64,000 bases of DNA from Dendrobates tinctorius (taxonomy: Eukaryota): contig NW_027361829.1 in NCBI RefSeq assembly GCF_039654945.1, positions 59,272,001-59,336,000 of the forward strand, written 5' to 3'. This document shows, piece by piece, positions 11,961 to 23,365 of the stretch. Numbering within the stretch: position 1 is the stretch's first letter; each line of letters opens with the position of its first letter. Both the position numbers and the translations under genes were made by a program. The notes beneath the pieces are model-generated. The model had not been told where the DNA came from. It did not search any database and saw only the letters and a program-made list of their open reading frames with translations.

Positions 11961-12803
11961 GGCTGGTTTCACACTTGCGTTTTTTGCGCTGTACTTTAGC
12001 GCTAAAAAACGCATGCGTTTTTTCCTATATTTTGCATGGGATGCGCTTATGTGCGCATGCACATACGTTTGTATGCGTTTTTCCGAGCATGCGCTTTTTT
12101 GTGGTGTGCGCTCGGGCGCACAAAATGCATCCTGTTGCATTTTTTGAGCGTCCGACTTGCCTCAAAAAAACGCATGCGCGCGCAATGCGTTTTTTTTACA
12201 GCAAGACACCCATTATAAGTCTATGGGTGCGCATATGTGCGCATTGCCATGCTCATGTATGCGTTTTTTTGCGCATGCGTTTTTTGTTGACCATTAGTTA
12301 GATAATGGAATTTAGGGGTTTGGGTTAGAGTTAGTGTTAGTTAAGGGGGTTTAGGGTTAGTGTTAGTTAAGGGGGTTTAGGGTTAGGGTTTGGGTTAGTA
12401 TGGTTTGGTTAAGGGTTAGGGTTTAGGGTTAGTTAGGGTTTATGGTTAGGGTAGGGTTAGGTTAAGGGTTAGGGTTAGTATGGTTTGGTTAAGGGTTAGG
12501 GTTAAGGTCAGGGTCAGGGTTAGGGTAAGATTTGGTTAAGGGGTAGGGTTAGGGTCAGGGTCAGGGTTAGTAAAGTCATGGCTTGGGTTAGTGTGAGGGG
12601 CCAACTAATGTTGGAAAAAAACGCAAACGCGGTAAAAACGCACTAAAAACGCATACAAACGCATAAAAACGCTGCTTTTTTTCATGCATGCTCATAAAAA
12701 TGCTTGAAAAAAAAAGCAGCATTTGTATGCATTTGTATGTGTTTTTTCCATGCTTTTTTTGCAGGAAAAACGCGCTGCAAAAAAAGCAAGTGTGAAGGTA
12801 GCC
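11961..12803. mobile_element. Harbinger-type MITE with internal degenerate (TTAGGG)n, inserted in the chromodomain
   Basis: tta|ggctggtttcacacttgc ... gcaagtgtgaaggtagcc|tta. Removing it restores TAC TTA GTG GAT TGG (YLVDW). Confidence 0.88.
12310..12592 (+). repeat. Degenerate telomere-like (TTAGGG/TCAGGG) array
   Basis: Repeated gggtta/gggtca units seen directly. Confidence 0.85.
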
Positions 12804-12937
12804 TTAGTGGATTGGAAGGGTCATGGTCCAGAGGCGCGGACCTGTGAGCCAGTGGAAAACATCCACGCTCCTCTTCTCATTGCGGAATTTGAGCGGAGCG
12901 AGGCTCAGAGAGGAGGGGGCCCTAGGAGGGTGGGTAA

Positions 12938-14456
12938 CGTTAGGCGTCGGGTTCCTGTCGCTGCACAGCGGGAATCCCGAGCCTTACTTCCGGTGGTCTC
13001 CCATTCCTCTCCAAAAAACATGAAGTATGGAGGGCACAGCTAGCAGTAACACGGGTTCACCACGGATGTACAAGGAAACATTATGCGAAAAAGAAGAAAA
13101 AGAGGTACATCCAACAAGGGAACTCCAGTACAAAAATATCAAAGTGAAAAACATGTATAAATTTTATTGAGAGCATGTACACAACACAGCAAGATAAAAA
13201 CACTTAAACACACAAGAAGCATGTCACAATCATATGATGCTGAAAAAGTGACTTTCCCACAGAAGATACCCCTATTAAACAACAATTTGATTTAGGTATG
13301 AATGCAGCAGACAACTGGGCAAAAAAGAAATAAAAGAATATCTATGACGCTCAACATATGAGCATAGATCATATATTGTGAAAAAGCCCCAAAAAGGGCA
13401 ACACATTAAACACAGCACCATGCAGCAAAGGAACCCAGTAATTCAGAACAGCCAAGAGATTATATTGAGGCTGTTCAAGGATTGATAACCTTTAAGTTGG
13501 AGAAAGGGAAATGGGAAACCCTTACATATCCAGAGGTGAAGTGTTGGCAATGGACGGTCAAAAGGAATAATAGCCCAATTACAAATGAAGCCAGTAGCCT
13601 GCGGGGTAAATCAAAGAGGGAACCGCACCCAGTCGCAGAGGAGGTTGCGCAACTCTGGCACAGCTATGGCAATGCATGCTGCTCAGCAACGAGATTCTCC
13701 AGGGAATAAGTCCCCATGTCGGGCCACTGAGCATGCCTGTGGAGTGATCTCACATTGGAGATCAAGGGTCACGTGCTCAGGTCCTGCTCGTGTTCGGATT
13801 GATCCATCCGAGAAGCCAGAAAGGTCCCGGATGCTCGCGGCTATAAAAGGTTCGCATGGCCGCTCGTCCATGCGCTAGGATAGCCTGTATTTTCAGACTA
13901 TAAGGAGTGAGTGGTGTATGCACTTATGAATGTCTCTGGTGACTGACTCATTATGAAACCCCTACCCTTGGAATGCATGCGTTGTGCAGCCTAGTCTGCT
14001 AGCGCCCAGGCTTAGGCGTAGGTAGGTCAGAGTTTGAGTCAGGCATTAGCCATCATCAGTGACTCGGCACGCCTCAGTGCCCCATACTCCACACTCCATA
14101 GTCAGTGTTTATAGCGGCGCTCATGGCAGCGACGCCGCGCATTCAGTGGGCCTAGAAGGACTCTAACCCCGTGTCCTTGGGGTAGAGTTCTGTGGCCGCT
14201 TACTGTGAGCTCTTTGGCCGGGCTCTGTGAGTTAAACAGGCTCTGGCATCCACGTTCAGCGGCTGTGCGGCTCTGTGAATTAACAGAGTCCGCTCCTGTT
14301 CACATTGGGTGACGTAACCCACGTGTGACTGTTTTTACGCCGCTCTATTCTTCCGCCATTACCTAGCAGCAGTGTACCACCTCTGCACGGTGGACCCCGG
14401 GCTGCGAACGCAACTACTATTATTTTATAATTTGGTGCGTTCCGCCAGTCCTAACA
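12938..14456 (+). repeat. 3' LTR with a ~620-bp foreign insertion (13014-13631) and a ~65-bp deletion
   Basis: Starts cgttaggcgtcggg (T>C at position 1), follows the PPT, ends cctaaca. Confidence 0.9.
13014..13631. mobile_element. Unclassified insertion in the 3' LTR, possibly a Penelope-like fragment
   Basis: Absent from the 5' LTR; A-rich; tttatt (minus-strand polyA signal) at ~13163. Confidence 0.4.
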
Positions 14457-14589
14457 TTTGTGTCATTAGAAATACTGCTAATTTCCATGACTCTGTTGTA
14501 CTAGCAGCCATTTATTGATTTTTTTTCTGTCTGCCATATTTATCCCATGCCACGAAGTGCACAACAAATAGCATATGAAGCATGACTTT

Positions 14590-15190
14590 TAACCAAGAGG
14601 TAGGAAAAAATGGGTAAAACATGGATTTATTCTGCACTGCTGAATAACTAGAAGTCCAAATGTATTTTCATAAAGATATGTGGTTTTATTCAATGAGTTT
14701 CAAAGTTCTTAGACTTCTTCATCAGGAAATACAGCAAACATTTGTGGCATTTCCTGATGAAGAAGTCTTAGAACTTTGAAACGCGTTGAATAAAGCATAT
14801 GCCCGGACTTCTAGTTATTCAGCAGCGCAGAATAAATCCACGTTATACCCATTTTTTTTTCCTACGGTTGGTCATCAGTGGACCTGTGGATCTGCTGTAG
14901 CGAATATTCCTACAAGCTATATTATAGCTCCATATGGTGAGTACAATTCAATTGTGTTAACCATTTGTGTCTTGGATAAGACCCTATTTTGCGCTATTTT
15001 CTCCAGCATCACTCATTGGATTTTACCTAGAGGTGAGAGAATTTATTCGAAGGAAATTGAATTAACAAATTTCACAAGAATATGGATTTTTTGCTATTTT
15101 GTCTACGTGAATTCAGTAAGCAAAATGGGGGCAGTTGCGATTGCCATTTTGTTGAAGCATAAACTGCAAGGTAATCAGTTAAAAAAAAAA
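14590..15190 (+). mobile_element. Penelope-like fragment with inverted-repeat head and hammerhead motifs
   Basis: 14590-14730 is the reverse complement of ~14748-14870; both arms carry CTGATGA...GAAA cores followed by AATAAA. Confidence 0.65.
14749..14791 (+). ncRNA. Minimal type-I hammerhead ribozyme (mirror copy on minus strand at ~14688-14730 with mutated stem III)
   Basis: ttc CTGATGA agaagt cttaga acttt GAAA cgcg TT gaa; palindromic stem III acgcgt; weak stem I. Confidence 0.6.
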
Positions 15191-15727
15191 TAAAATGAAA
15201 TAAATCAAACCTCACCAATCACCTTGTTCTTTTCTTTTCCCCTTCCTTTGTTGCATGTATCCTCTAACAGCTTAACTCCATGCCATGGCCTCAATTTCTC
15301 ACTAGGCCTCTGATGTAACTTTACACTGTGCCATTGTGGCCCACATCATGAGGTCAGATATTACGATGTGTGTTTTCCAAGGCACAGTCAATGCAGTGAC
15401 GTCAGAGGCCTAGCCTGCGATTCAAGACAAGGAGTGAAGCGGCCAAAAAGATGTGCGCAACAAGGGAAAGGAGAAAAGAAGAGGAGTGGACATCCAATAG
15501 TGGGCTGCGAGACATGTGAGCATTATTTCATTATTATTATTTTTTTTTTAACTCCTAAACGCTGGGGTTACTTAAGAGTGTAATAAGGAATATTTAATCC
15601 CCAGGAAATACCTTTGCTCTGCATCAAGTTTACCTATAAAATTTGCAGTGTTTGCCAAATTTTATCTTGCAGATTCGATCATCTCTAGTCTATTATAGTT
15701 GTCTGTCTTCTTGCAGGTTCCCATTAA

Positions 15728-18700
15728 CCGCTTCACCCCCAAGGGTGGTTTGCACGTTCATGACCGGGCCAATTTTTACAATTCTGACCACTGTCCCTTT
15801 ATGAGGTCATAACTCTGGAACGCTTCTATGGATCCCGGTGATTCTGACATTCTTTTCTCGAGACATATTGTACTTCATGATAGCGGTAAAATTTCATTCA
15901 AATAACTTGCGTTTATTTGTGAAAAAAAATGGAAATTTGGCAAAAATTTTGAAAATTTTGCAATTTTCCAACTTTTAATTTTTATGCCCTTAAATCACAG
16001 AGATACGGCACACAAAAAACTTGATAACTAACATATCCCACATGTTTACTTTACATAAGCACAATTTTGGAACCAAAATTTTTTTTTGTTAGGAAGTTAT
16101 AAGGGTTAAAAGTTGACCAGCGATTTCTCATTTTTACAACACCATTTTATTTTTAGGACCACATCACATTTGAAGCCACTTTGAGGGGTCTATATGATAG
16201 AAAATACCCAAAAGTGACACCATTATAAAAACTGCACCCCTTAAGGTGCTTAAAACCACATTCAAGGAGTTAATTAACCCTTTAGGTGCGTCACAGGAAT
16301 TTTTTTGAATATTTAAAAAAAAATGAACATCTAACTTTTTTTCACAAAAAAAATATTTCAGGTTCAATTTTTTTTATTTTACCAAGGGTAACAGGAGAAA
16401 TTGGACTGCAAAAGTTATTGTTCAATTTGTCCTGAGTACGCTGATACCTGATTTGTGGGGGGGAACGACTGTTTCGGCGCATGGCAGAGCTCAGAATGAA
16501 AGGAGCGCCGTTTGACTTTTTCAATGCAAAATTGGCTGGAATTCAGATCGGACGCCATGTCACGTTTGGAGAGTCCCTGATGTACCTAAACAGTGGAAAC
16601 CCCCTACAAGTGACTCCATTTTGGAAACTAGACCCCCCCAAGGAACTTATCTAGATATGTGGTGCGAACTTTGAACCCACAAGGGCTTTACAGAAGTTTA
16701 TAACGTACAGCGGTACAATTAAAAAATCATTTTTGTGGAAAAAATATGATCTTTTCACCCCAATTTTTTATTTTCCCAAGGGTAACAGGTCCCTAAAAGT
16801 TATTGTGCAATTTGTCCTGAGTATGCTGATACCCCACATGTGGGGTAAACGACTATTTGGGCGCATGGCAGAGCTCGGAAGGAAAGCAGCGCCATTTGAC
16901 GTTTTTGGCTGGAATTGAGATCGGACACCATGTCGCGATTGGAAAACCCCTGATGTACCTAAACAGTGGAAACCCCCCACAAATGACACCATTTTTGAAA
17001 CTAGACCCCCTAAGGAACTTATCTAGATGTGTGGTGAGAACTTTGAACCCCCAAGGGCTTCACAGAAGTTTATAACATAAAGCCGTACAATTAAAAAATC
17101 ATATTTTTTCCACAAAAATGATCTTTTCACCCTCAATTCTTATTTTTCCAAGGGTAACAGCACCCTAAAAGTTATTGTGCAATTTGTCCTGAGTACGCTG
17201 ATACCCCACATGTGGGGGTAAACCACTATTTGGGCGCATGGCAGAGCTCGGAAGGGAAGAAGCGCCATTTGACGTTTTTGGCTGGAATTGAGATCGGACA
17301 CCATGTCGCGATTGGAAAACCCCTGATGTACCTAAACAGTGGAAACCCCCCACAAATGACACCATTTTGTAAACTAGGCCCCCCAAGGAACTTATCTAGA
17401 TGTGTGGTGAGCACTTTGAACCCCCCAGTGCTTCACAGAAGTTTATAACGCCCGGGCGTGAAAATAAAAAATTTGTATTTTTTCCACAAACATGATCTTT
17501 TAGTCACCATTTTTTCTTATTTTCCCAAGGGTAACAGGAGAAATTGAACCCCAAAAGTTGTTGTCCAATTTGTCCTGAGTATGCTGATACCCCATATGTG
17601 GGAGAAAACTACTGTATGGACACACGTCAGGGCTCGGAAGGGAAGTAGTGACGTTTTGGAATGCAGACATTGATGGAATGGTCTGCGGGTGTCATGTTGC
17701 CTTTGGAGAGCCCCTAATGTACCTAAACAGTGGAAACACCCACAAATTACCCCATTTTGGAAACGAGAACCCCTAAGGAACTTATCTAGATGTGTGGTGA
17801 GCACTTTGAACCCCCAGTGCTTCACAGAAGTTTATAATGCCCGGGCATGAAAATAAAAAAATCGTATTTTTTCCACAAACATGATCAATTAGTCGCCAAT
17901 TTTTTCATTTTCCCAAGGGTAACAGGAGAAATTGGACCGCAAAAGTTGTTGTCCAATTTGTCATGAGTACGCTGACACCCCATATGTGGGAGAAAACTAC
18001 TGTATGGACACACGTCTGGGCTCGGAAGGGAAGCAGTGCCATTTTGGAATGCAGACTTTGATGGAATGGTCTGCGGGTGTCATGTGCGTTTGGAGAGCCC
18101 CTGATGTACCTAAACTATTGAAACTCCCCACAAGTGACCCCATTTTGGACACTAGACCCCCCACGGAACTTATCTAGATGTGTGGTGAGCACTTTGAACC
18201 CCCAAGTGCTTCACAGAAGTTTATAACGCTCGGACGTGAAAATAAAAAAATCATTTTTTTCCACAAAAATGATATTTTTGCCCCCAATTTTTTATTTTCC
18301 TAAGGGTAACAGGAGAAATTGGACCCCAAAAATTGTTTTGCAATTTGTCCTGAGTAGGCTGATACCCTACATGTGGGGGTAAAACACTGTTTGGGCACAT
18401 GGCAGAGCTTGGAAGGGAAGGAGCACCATATGACTTTTTCAACTCAGAATTGGCTGGAATTGAGATCAGACGCAATGTTGCATTTGGAGAGCCCCTGATG
18501 TGCCCAAACAGTGGAAACCCCCAATTCTAACTCCAACCCGAACCCCAAAACACCCCTAACCGCAATCTCAGCCCTAACCCAAGCCCTAACCCTAACCCTA
18601 ACCCTAACGGAAAAATGGAAATAAATACATTTTTTTAATTTTATTATTTTTCCCTAACTAAGGGGGTGATAACGGGGGGTTTGATTTACTATTTATGGCG

Positions 18701-20070
18701 GTTTTTATGTTTGGCGGCTGTCGCACGCTAAAAGACGCTTTTTATTGTAAAAATAGTTTTTGCATCACCACATATTGAGAGCTATAATTTTTCCGAATTT
18801 TGACCCACCGAGTCATGTGAGGTCTTATTTTTTGCGGGACGAGTTGACGTTTTTACTGGTACCATTTTCGGGCACGTGACATTTTTTGATCGCTTTTTAT
18901 TCCGATTTTTGGGATGCAGAATGAACAAAAACCAGCGTTTCATGAATTTCTTTTGGGGGAGTGCGTTTACACCGTTCCGCGTGCGGTAAAATTGATAAAG
19001 CGGTTTTATTCTTCGGGTCAGTACGGTTACAGCGATACCTCATTTAGGTCTTTTTTTATGTTTTGGCGCTTTTATGCAATGAAAACTATTTTATATAAAA
19101 AATAATTATTTTTGCATCGCTTTATTCTGCGAGCTATAACTTTTTTATTTTTTCGCTGATGATGCTGTGTGGCGGCTCGTTTTTTGCGGGACAAGATGAC
19201 GTTTTAAGCGGTACCATGGATATTTATATGCGTCTTTTTGATCGCGCGTTATTACACTTTTTGTTTGGCGGTATGATAATAAATCATTATTTTTTGCTTC
19301 GTTTTTTATTTTTATTTTTTAAGGGGTTCGCTAAAGGGGTTAACTAATGGGACAGTTTTATAGGGCGGGTCGTTACGGACGCGGCGATACCTAATGTGTA
19401 CTTTTATTGTTTTGGGTTTTTTTTTACTTTCAAAAAATGAATTTATTGGGGAATATTTTTTTTTTTTTTACTAATTTATTTGGCGATTTTTTAAAAATTA
19501 TTTTTACACTTTTTATTTTTTTTTACTTTATTACATAGTCCCAGGTGGGACATCACTGTCCTGTGACAGATCGCTGATCTGTCACATCACAGATCACTGT
19601 GACAGATCAGCGATCTGACACAGGCACTGCAGAAGGCTTCCTCATGCTTGCGCTTTGCAGGCACTGAGGAAGCCAGCTTCCTGCAGGCCCCCGAAGGCCC
19701 CCGTCGCCATCTTGGATTCGGGGGCCTGGAGGAAAGGAGTCCCCCGCAGCAGCGCTGCACATTGCGCTGCCGTGGGGGGCTCAGGGAAGCAAGGAGGGAG
19801 CCCCCTCCCTGCCGATGCTTCCCTTTAACTCCCGGTACACCGCGATCATGTTTGATCGCGGTGTGCAAGGGATTAACGTGTCGGGGCGGTCCGTGACCGC
19901 CCCTGACACATTGTGCCGGGTGTCAGCTGTGATAATCAGCTGACACCCGGCCGCGATCAGCGGCGCTCACCACGTGGGCGCCGCTGATCGCGGTGGACGT
20001 ACTATCCCGTCCATGGGCATAGGGGCCCGGGTCCCATGGACGGGATAGTACGTCGGATGTCAGGAAGGGG
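15728..20070 (-). mobile_element. 4.3-kb non-autonomous TTAA element (piggyBac-like CCC/GGG ends), copy 1
   Basis: TTAA at 15724-15727 and 20071-20074. Internal 372-390 bp tandem array 16190-18525, (CCCTAA)n 18530-18607, subterminal hairpins. Reverse complement of copies 2 and 3. Confidence 0.88.
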
Positions 20071-20110
20071 TTAAAAAGTAGCAAAAAAAAAAAACCCAGA
20101 ATAAACATAC

Positions 20111-20183
20111 CTTCTTTGTGTAGAAATCCTTCACCATTGACTGTATGGAATCAAAGTCTCCACTTATGAAATCTGGTAGGTAT
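20111..20183 (-). CDS. TPK1: Thiamine pyrophosphokinase 1, internal coding exon (73 nt)
   Basis: Minus strand: ttttgtttcctgtttag|A TAC CTA CCA GAT TTC ATA AGT GGA GAC TTT GAT TCC ... ACA AAG AAG|gta = YLPDFISGDFDSIQSMVKDFYTKK. Matches vertebrate TPK1 [24 protein letters not shown] (GDFDS motif). Canonical AG/GT; ends in phase 0. Confidence 0.95.
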
Positions 20184-20314
20184 CTAAACAGGAAACAAAA
20201 ACATTGTGAGTGAATCCATATTTAGACAATGTAATAATTAGATTACATACCGGACAAAGCAGATAATATATGTCAACTAAAAGGTAAAAAGCTACATACA
20301 GTTAATCATAAATA

Positions 20315-20946
20315 TGTCACGATTCATTTTTGGATTCGTGGCAGATCTGGTTCTGCTATAATTTAAATGCAGCTTTTTTCCTTTCAGACAAGCAAGGGTT
20401 AATGTCAGTTTCCTTGCTGGCAGCTGCTGATGTGGGTGGTGACCACTCCCACCATCCTTTAAATAGTCATCTGACGCATCAGCTGACTGTTGGTGATAGA
20501 GTTTTTTTCTGGAGACCAGCCGATGAGTGAGGAGCTCTTTGGTGTCAGCGTGTATCAGCTGCTTGAGGTCCTGGTTCCGAATCCTCTGCTGTGTGGAGCA
20601 TGCAGCAGAAGCTTGAAAGCTAAGTTTCTTTATTCCCTGTCTTTGTCTGTCTCATGCTTGTTACTACCCCCTGTGTTTACACCATCTGCAGTGGTGATGC
20701 TAGTGTCTTTGCCAGCCAGTGCACTAGCTAGAGCATAGTGAGATGACAGCTAGGGACAAGGCACGTGAGAGCAGCGGGGGGAGGACCCTCATAGAACGTT
20801 AGGGGAGCTTAGGGATAGGCACAGGATGTGTTAGGAGGTGCCCCATCCCTCATTCCCTATTGTTAGGGCCTTCATCTCCCTCTTTCCATCTCCATTGTGG
20901 GTGTTTGTTGTGCCATCCGCTGATCTGACCCTAGTGGGTCGTGACA
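20315..20946 (+). mobile_element. Solo LTR (Gypsy-like)
   Basis: tgtcacga...tcgtgaca 8-bp inverted termini, tttaaata TATA-like box at ~20458; TSD not conserved. Confidence 0.65.
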
Positions 20947-21557
20947 ACAGATAGTTATATTGACATATAACTGCGAGCGGATAAATGGTTGACCATTCGT
21001 AAGGAAACATGAATGCCTAAGGAAGAAAAACCGAACATGAGGTCACAGAAGAAAACAACCCATAAACTAAAAAAAAAAAAACCTTCATTGACAAGCACTG
21101 GTTAAATGGTGGCACTGTAGAAGACAGGTGCACACACGAGTACAAAACAACAATTATTATTGTGCATGTTTAAATACAAGGATATATAAAAGTAAAAAAT
21201 ATAAAAAAGACCACACAGGGAACAAGGTAAGCCAAAAGGGAACAATAGAGTAGGCACAGGACACAATAGGAGACTTTAGGAATGTCTCTCCCAGACATTC
21301 ACAGTACTGTGGCTCAGAGACATGAACTACCAATGTATCTGCTGGGTTGGGGTCCTGCTAATTTTTTTACTATGTAAGTGGTGTGTGTGGTAGAAAAGAT
21401 CCTAAGAGGCACTGAATTCAGTGAACTATTTTTTTTTTGTTACTGATCTAAACACAGAGGTAAAGACATTGATAAACATTTTAGGTGATAACATGGCTGT
21501 CATCTCTAATAAATACATTTTTAATTCTAGCTACTGTAATATAAAATAATATGCAGC

Positions 21558-21890
21558 TGAAGGTAAACCTGTCAGCTTGGAAATAGAACAATTATTAGAT
21601 TCCGTATAAGTTGTATTTTACGCAGTTAATTTCTGCTTATTCTGAACAGCAGTCAGGTGGGAGATTCTAATCAGTGATTGATTACCTTTCCTGCATAGAC
21701 ACAGCTGTCAATCATTGATTAGGTCCACCTACTTGACTTTCAAGCACAGACGGAGCAGAGATTTCAATGAATAAAATACACAATATGGAAAGTTCTCCCA
21801 TAAAACTATACATCAATTTGTTCAGCTTCTCCTGTTTTTACTAGTATGGCAGAACAAACACCATGTTCATTTAAACAGGAACCTTTTAAG
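21558..21890. mobile_element. Degenerate T2-type MITE
   Basis: aaggtaaacctgtca ... acaggaaccttttaa, with an internal palindrome (aatcagtgattga / tcaatcattgatt). Confidence 0.45.
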
Positions 21891-22598
21891 TTATTTCTGT
21901 GCTCATACTATTCGGGAATCTTATGCAGTCCCAGAAAGCTACTGTTACAAAGTAATTTTATATTCAGTAAATACTGTAGAAAGATTAGCACATGAGTACA
22001 GAATAGACTTTATGTACACTATGCGTAATCCTGCTTTCCATTTAGCTCATCAACCTAAAAAAAAAAGGAAACACACGAAGCAGCCAAAATATCAGCCACT
22101 TAAAATCACAAACACCACTTACATCCTATCACTTTGTGCTTCAAGGATGGAAGAAGAGGAATGAGTGTTTGATGTGCTGCATTGTACGCACCAAGTAAAA
22201 GACCCTGTTTCAATTTACAGCTGACTATGAAGGCGAGCTTGCTTGCTTGATTTTCATGACGGAAAATTACAGGTTATGCATCTTTCAATTACAGAGAATT
22301 GTCAGATGAGCCACATATTCTGATTACTGAATCCTTTGACAACAGCCTCATTTCATGTCATTGTTGTATACACGTAAAACATAAGAACTACAGCAATTAC
22401 TGGATGCAAACAAACACAGGCTGCAGAGAGCACAAACTTCTCTTCTGGTCTGGAGAAGAATTTATTACACAGCTGATTACAATCGATTCCATGTAGCACA
22501 CAATTTATATCATGGATTTGTTTTTCTTAGTTTATTTTCAATTGTTTTCACATATTGTTTTCATATACAAAAAGAATATTGACTGGCCAGTTTCCTAC

Positions 22599-22642
22599 TC
22601 CACACTGATGAGGGGCAATACCCCGAAACAGCTGTCTGTGGA
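22599..22642 (+). ncRNA. Intact minimal type-I hammerhead ribozyme (Penelope/retrozyme type)
   Basis: tccaca CTGATGA gggg caata cccc GAAA cagctg TC tgtgga: 6-bp stem I, 4-bp stem II, palindromic stem III, GUC cleavage triplet. Confidence 0.9.
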
Positions 22643-23365
22643 TGGATACCATGTTTTGGCATAGGTGGTTTCCTTCATTGGAGACTGCCCTTCCCATGGT
22701 TGTTCCTTCCCGGGGAAAGACCTGGCTAGTCATTGCTTGCGTTGAGAAACATGTGATGGTGTCTCCGCGGGTTGTGTTTTGCCTATTTTAGAGTGACTGC
22801 AGACGTGTAGCCTATGTGACTGTAGACTTTTGAATCCTTGCATTGCGCTCACTGCATGCTGTGAGCATTCTGTAGGGCCGGCATCAGGAGCAAAAAGTCT
22901 TACGTCTTGATATGTGTACTCCCAGCCACATTCCGACTAGACTGTGTCCGGCCTCAATCAATACATTTGAACAAGACTGTGCCCATTTAGTTGACACATG
23001 GGCACATGACCACATGTATGCAAATCACATTCTCGTCAGCACTAGAGTATCCTCAAAACACTCAGTGAGTGCAATGTGAGGATTCACAAGTCTACACTCA
23101 CATAAAATGACTACATAGTCCAAGGTCGAATAAACTTTTCAAACGTCTATAGTTAGAGTTCTAATAGACCTCTAACAAAGTATATTGAGCATATTCTCCT
23201 CTAGAAGGAATCCTATATCCAGAACCCAATGGAACATGCTACAATTTTTCTGTTGGGTTCGTTCACAAACCTTTATAGAGTTCAATAAAAAGGCATGTGT
23301 GAACGCAACGTCTTTTTCAGGTGGATTTCAGCTGGAACTTGCTTAAAAAAGCGATCATCAAACAT

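Larger units (their letters stand above)
8834..12924 (+). pseudogene. pol (protease, RT, RNase H, integrase, chromodomain), disrupted
   Basis: DSGAEGNF, YLDD, DASSVGAGAVL, TDHKNL, integrase HHCC + MDFV/SDRG, RYIGPFKV, chromodomain FEVNAIV...YLVDWKGHGPE..CEP. Frameshifts at ~9535 and ~11680, stop at ~9759, MITE insertion. Confidence 0.92.
6981..14456 (+). mobile_element. Full-length decayed Ty3/Gypsy chromovirus (Tf1/sushi group) LTR retrotransposon
   Basis: Two homologous LTRs (tgttagg...cctaaca), TSD attgt/tttgt, domain order gag-CCHC-PR-RT-RH-IN-chromo, PPT at ~12907-12935. Confidence 0.95.

Noticed and set aside
16164-18475. Recurring 60-100 aa ORFs (also at 40036-41082 and 53214-55702)
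   Set aside because: Products of the tandem array with inconsistent frames; no domain recognised.
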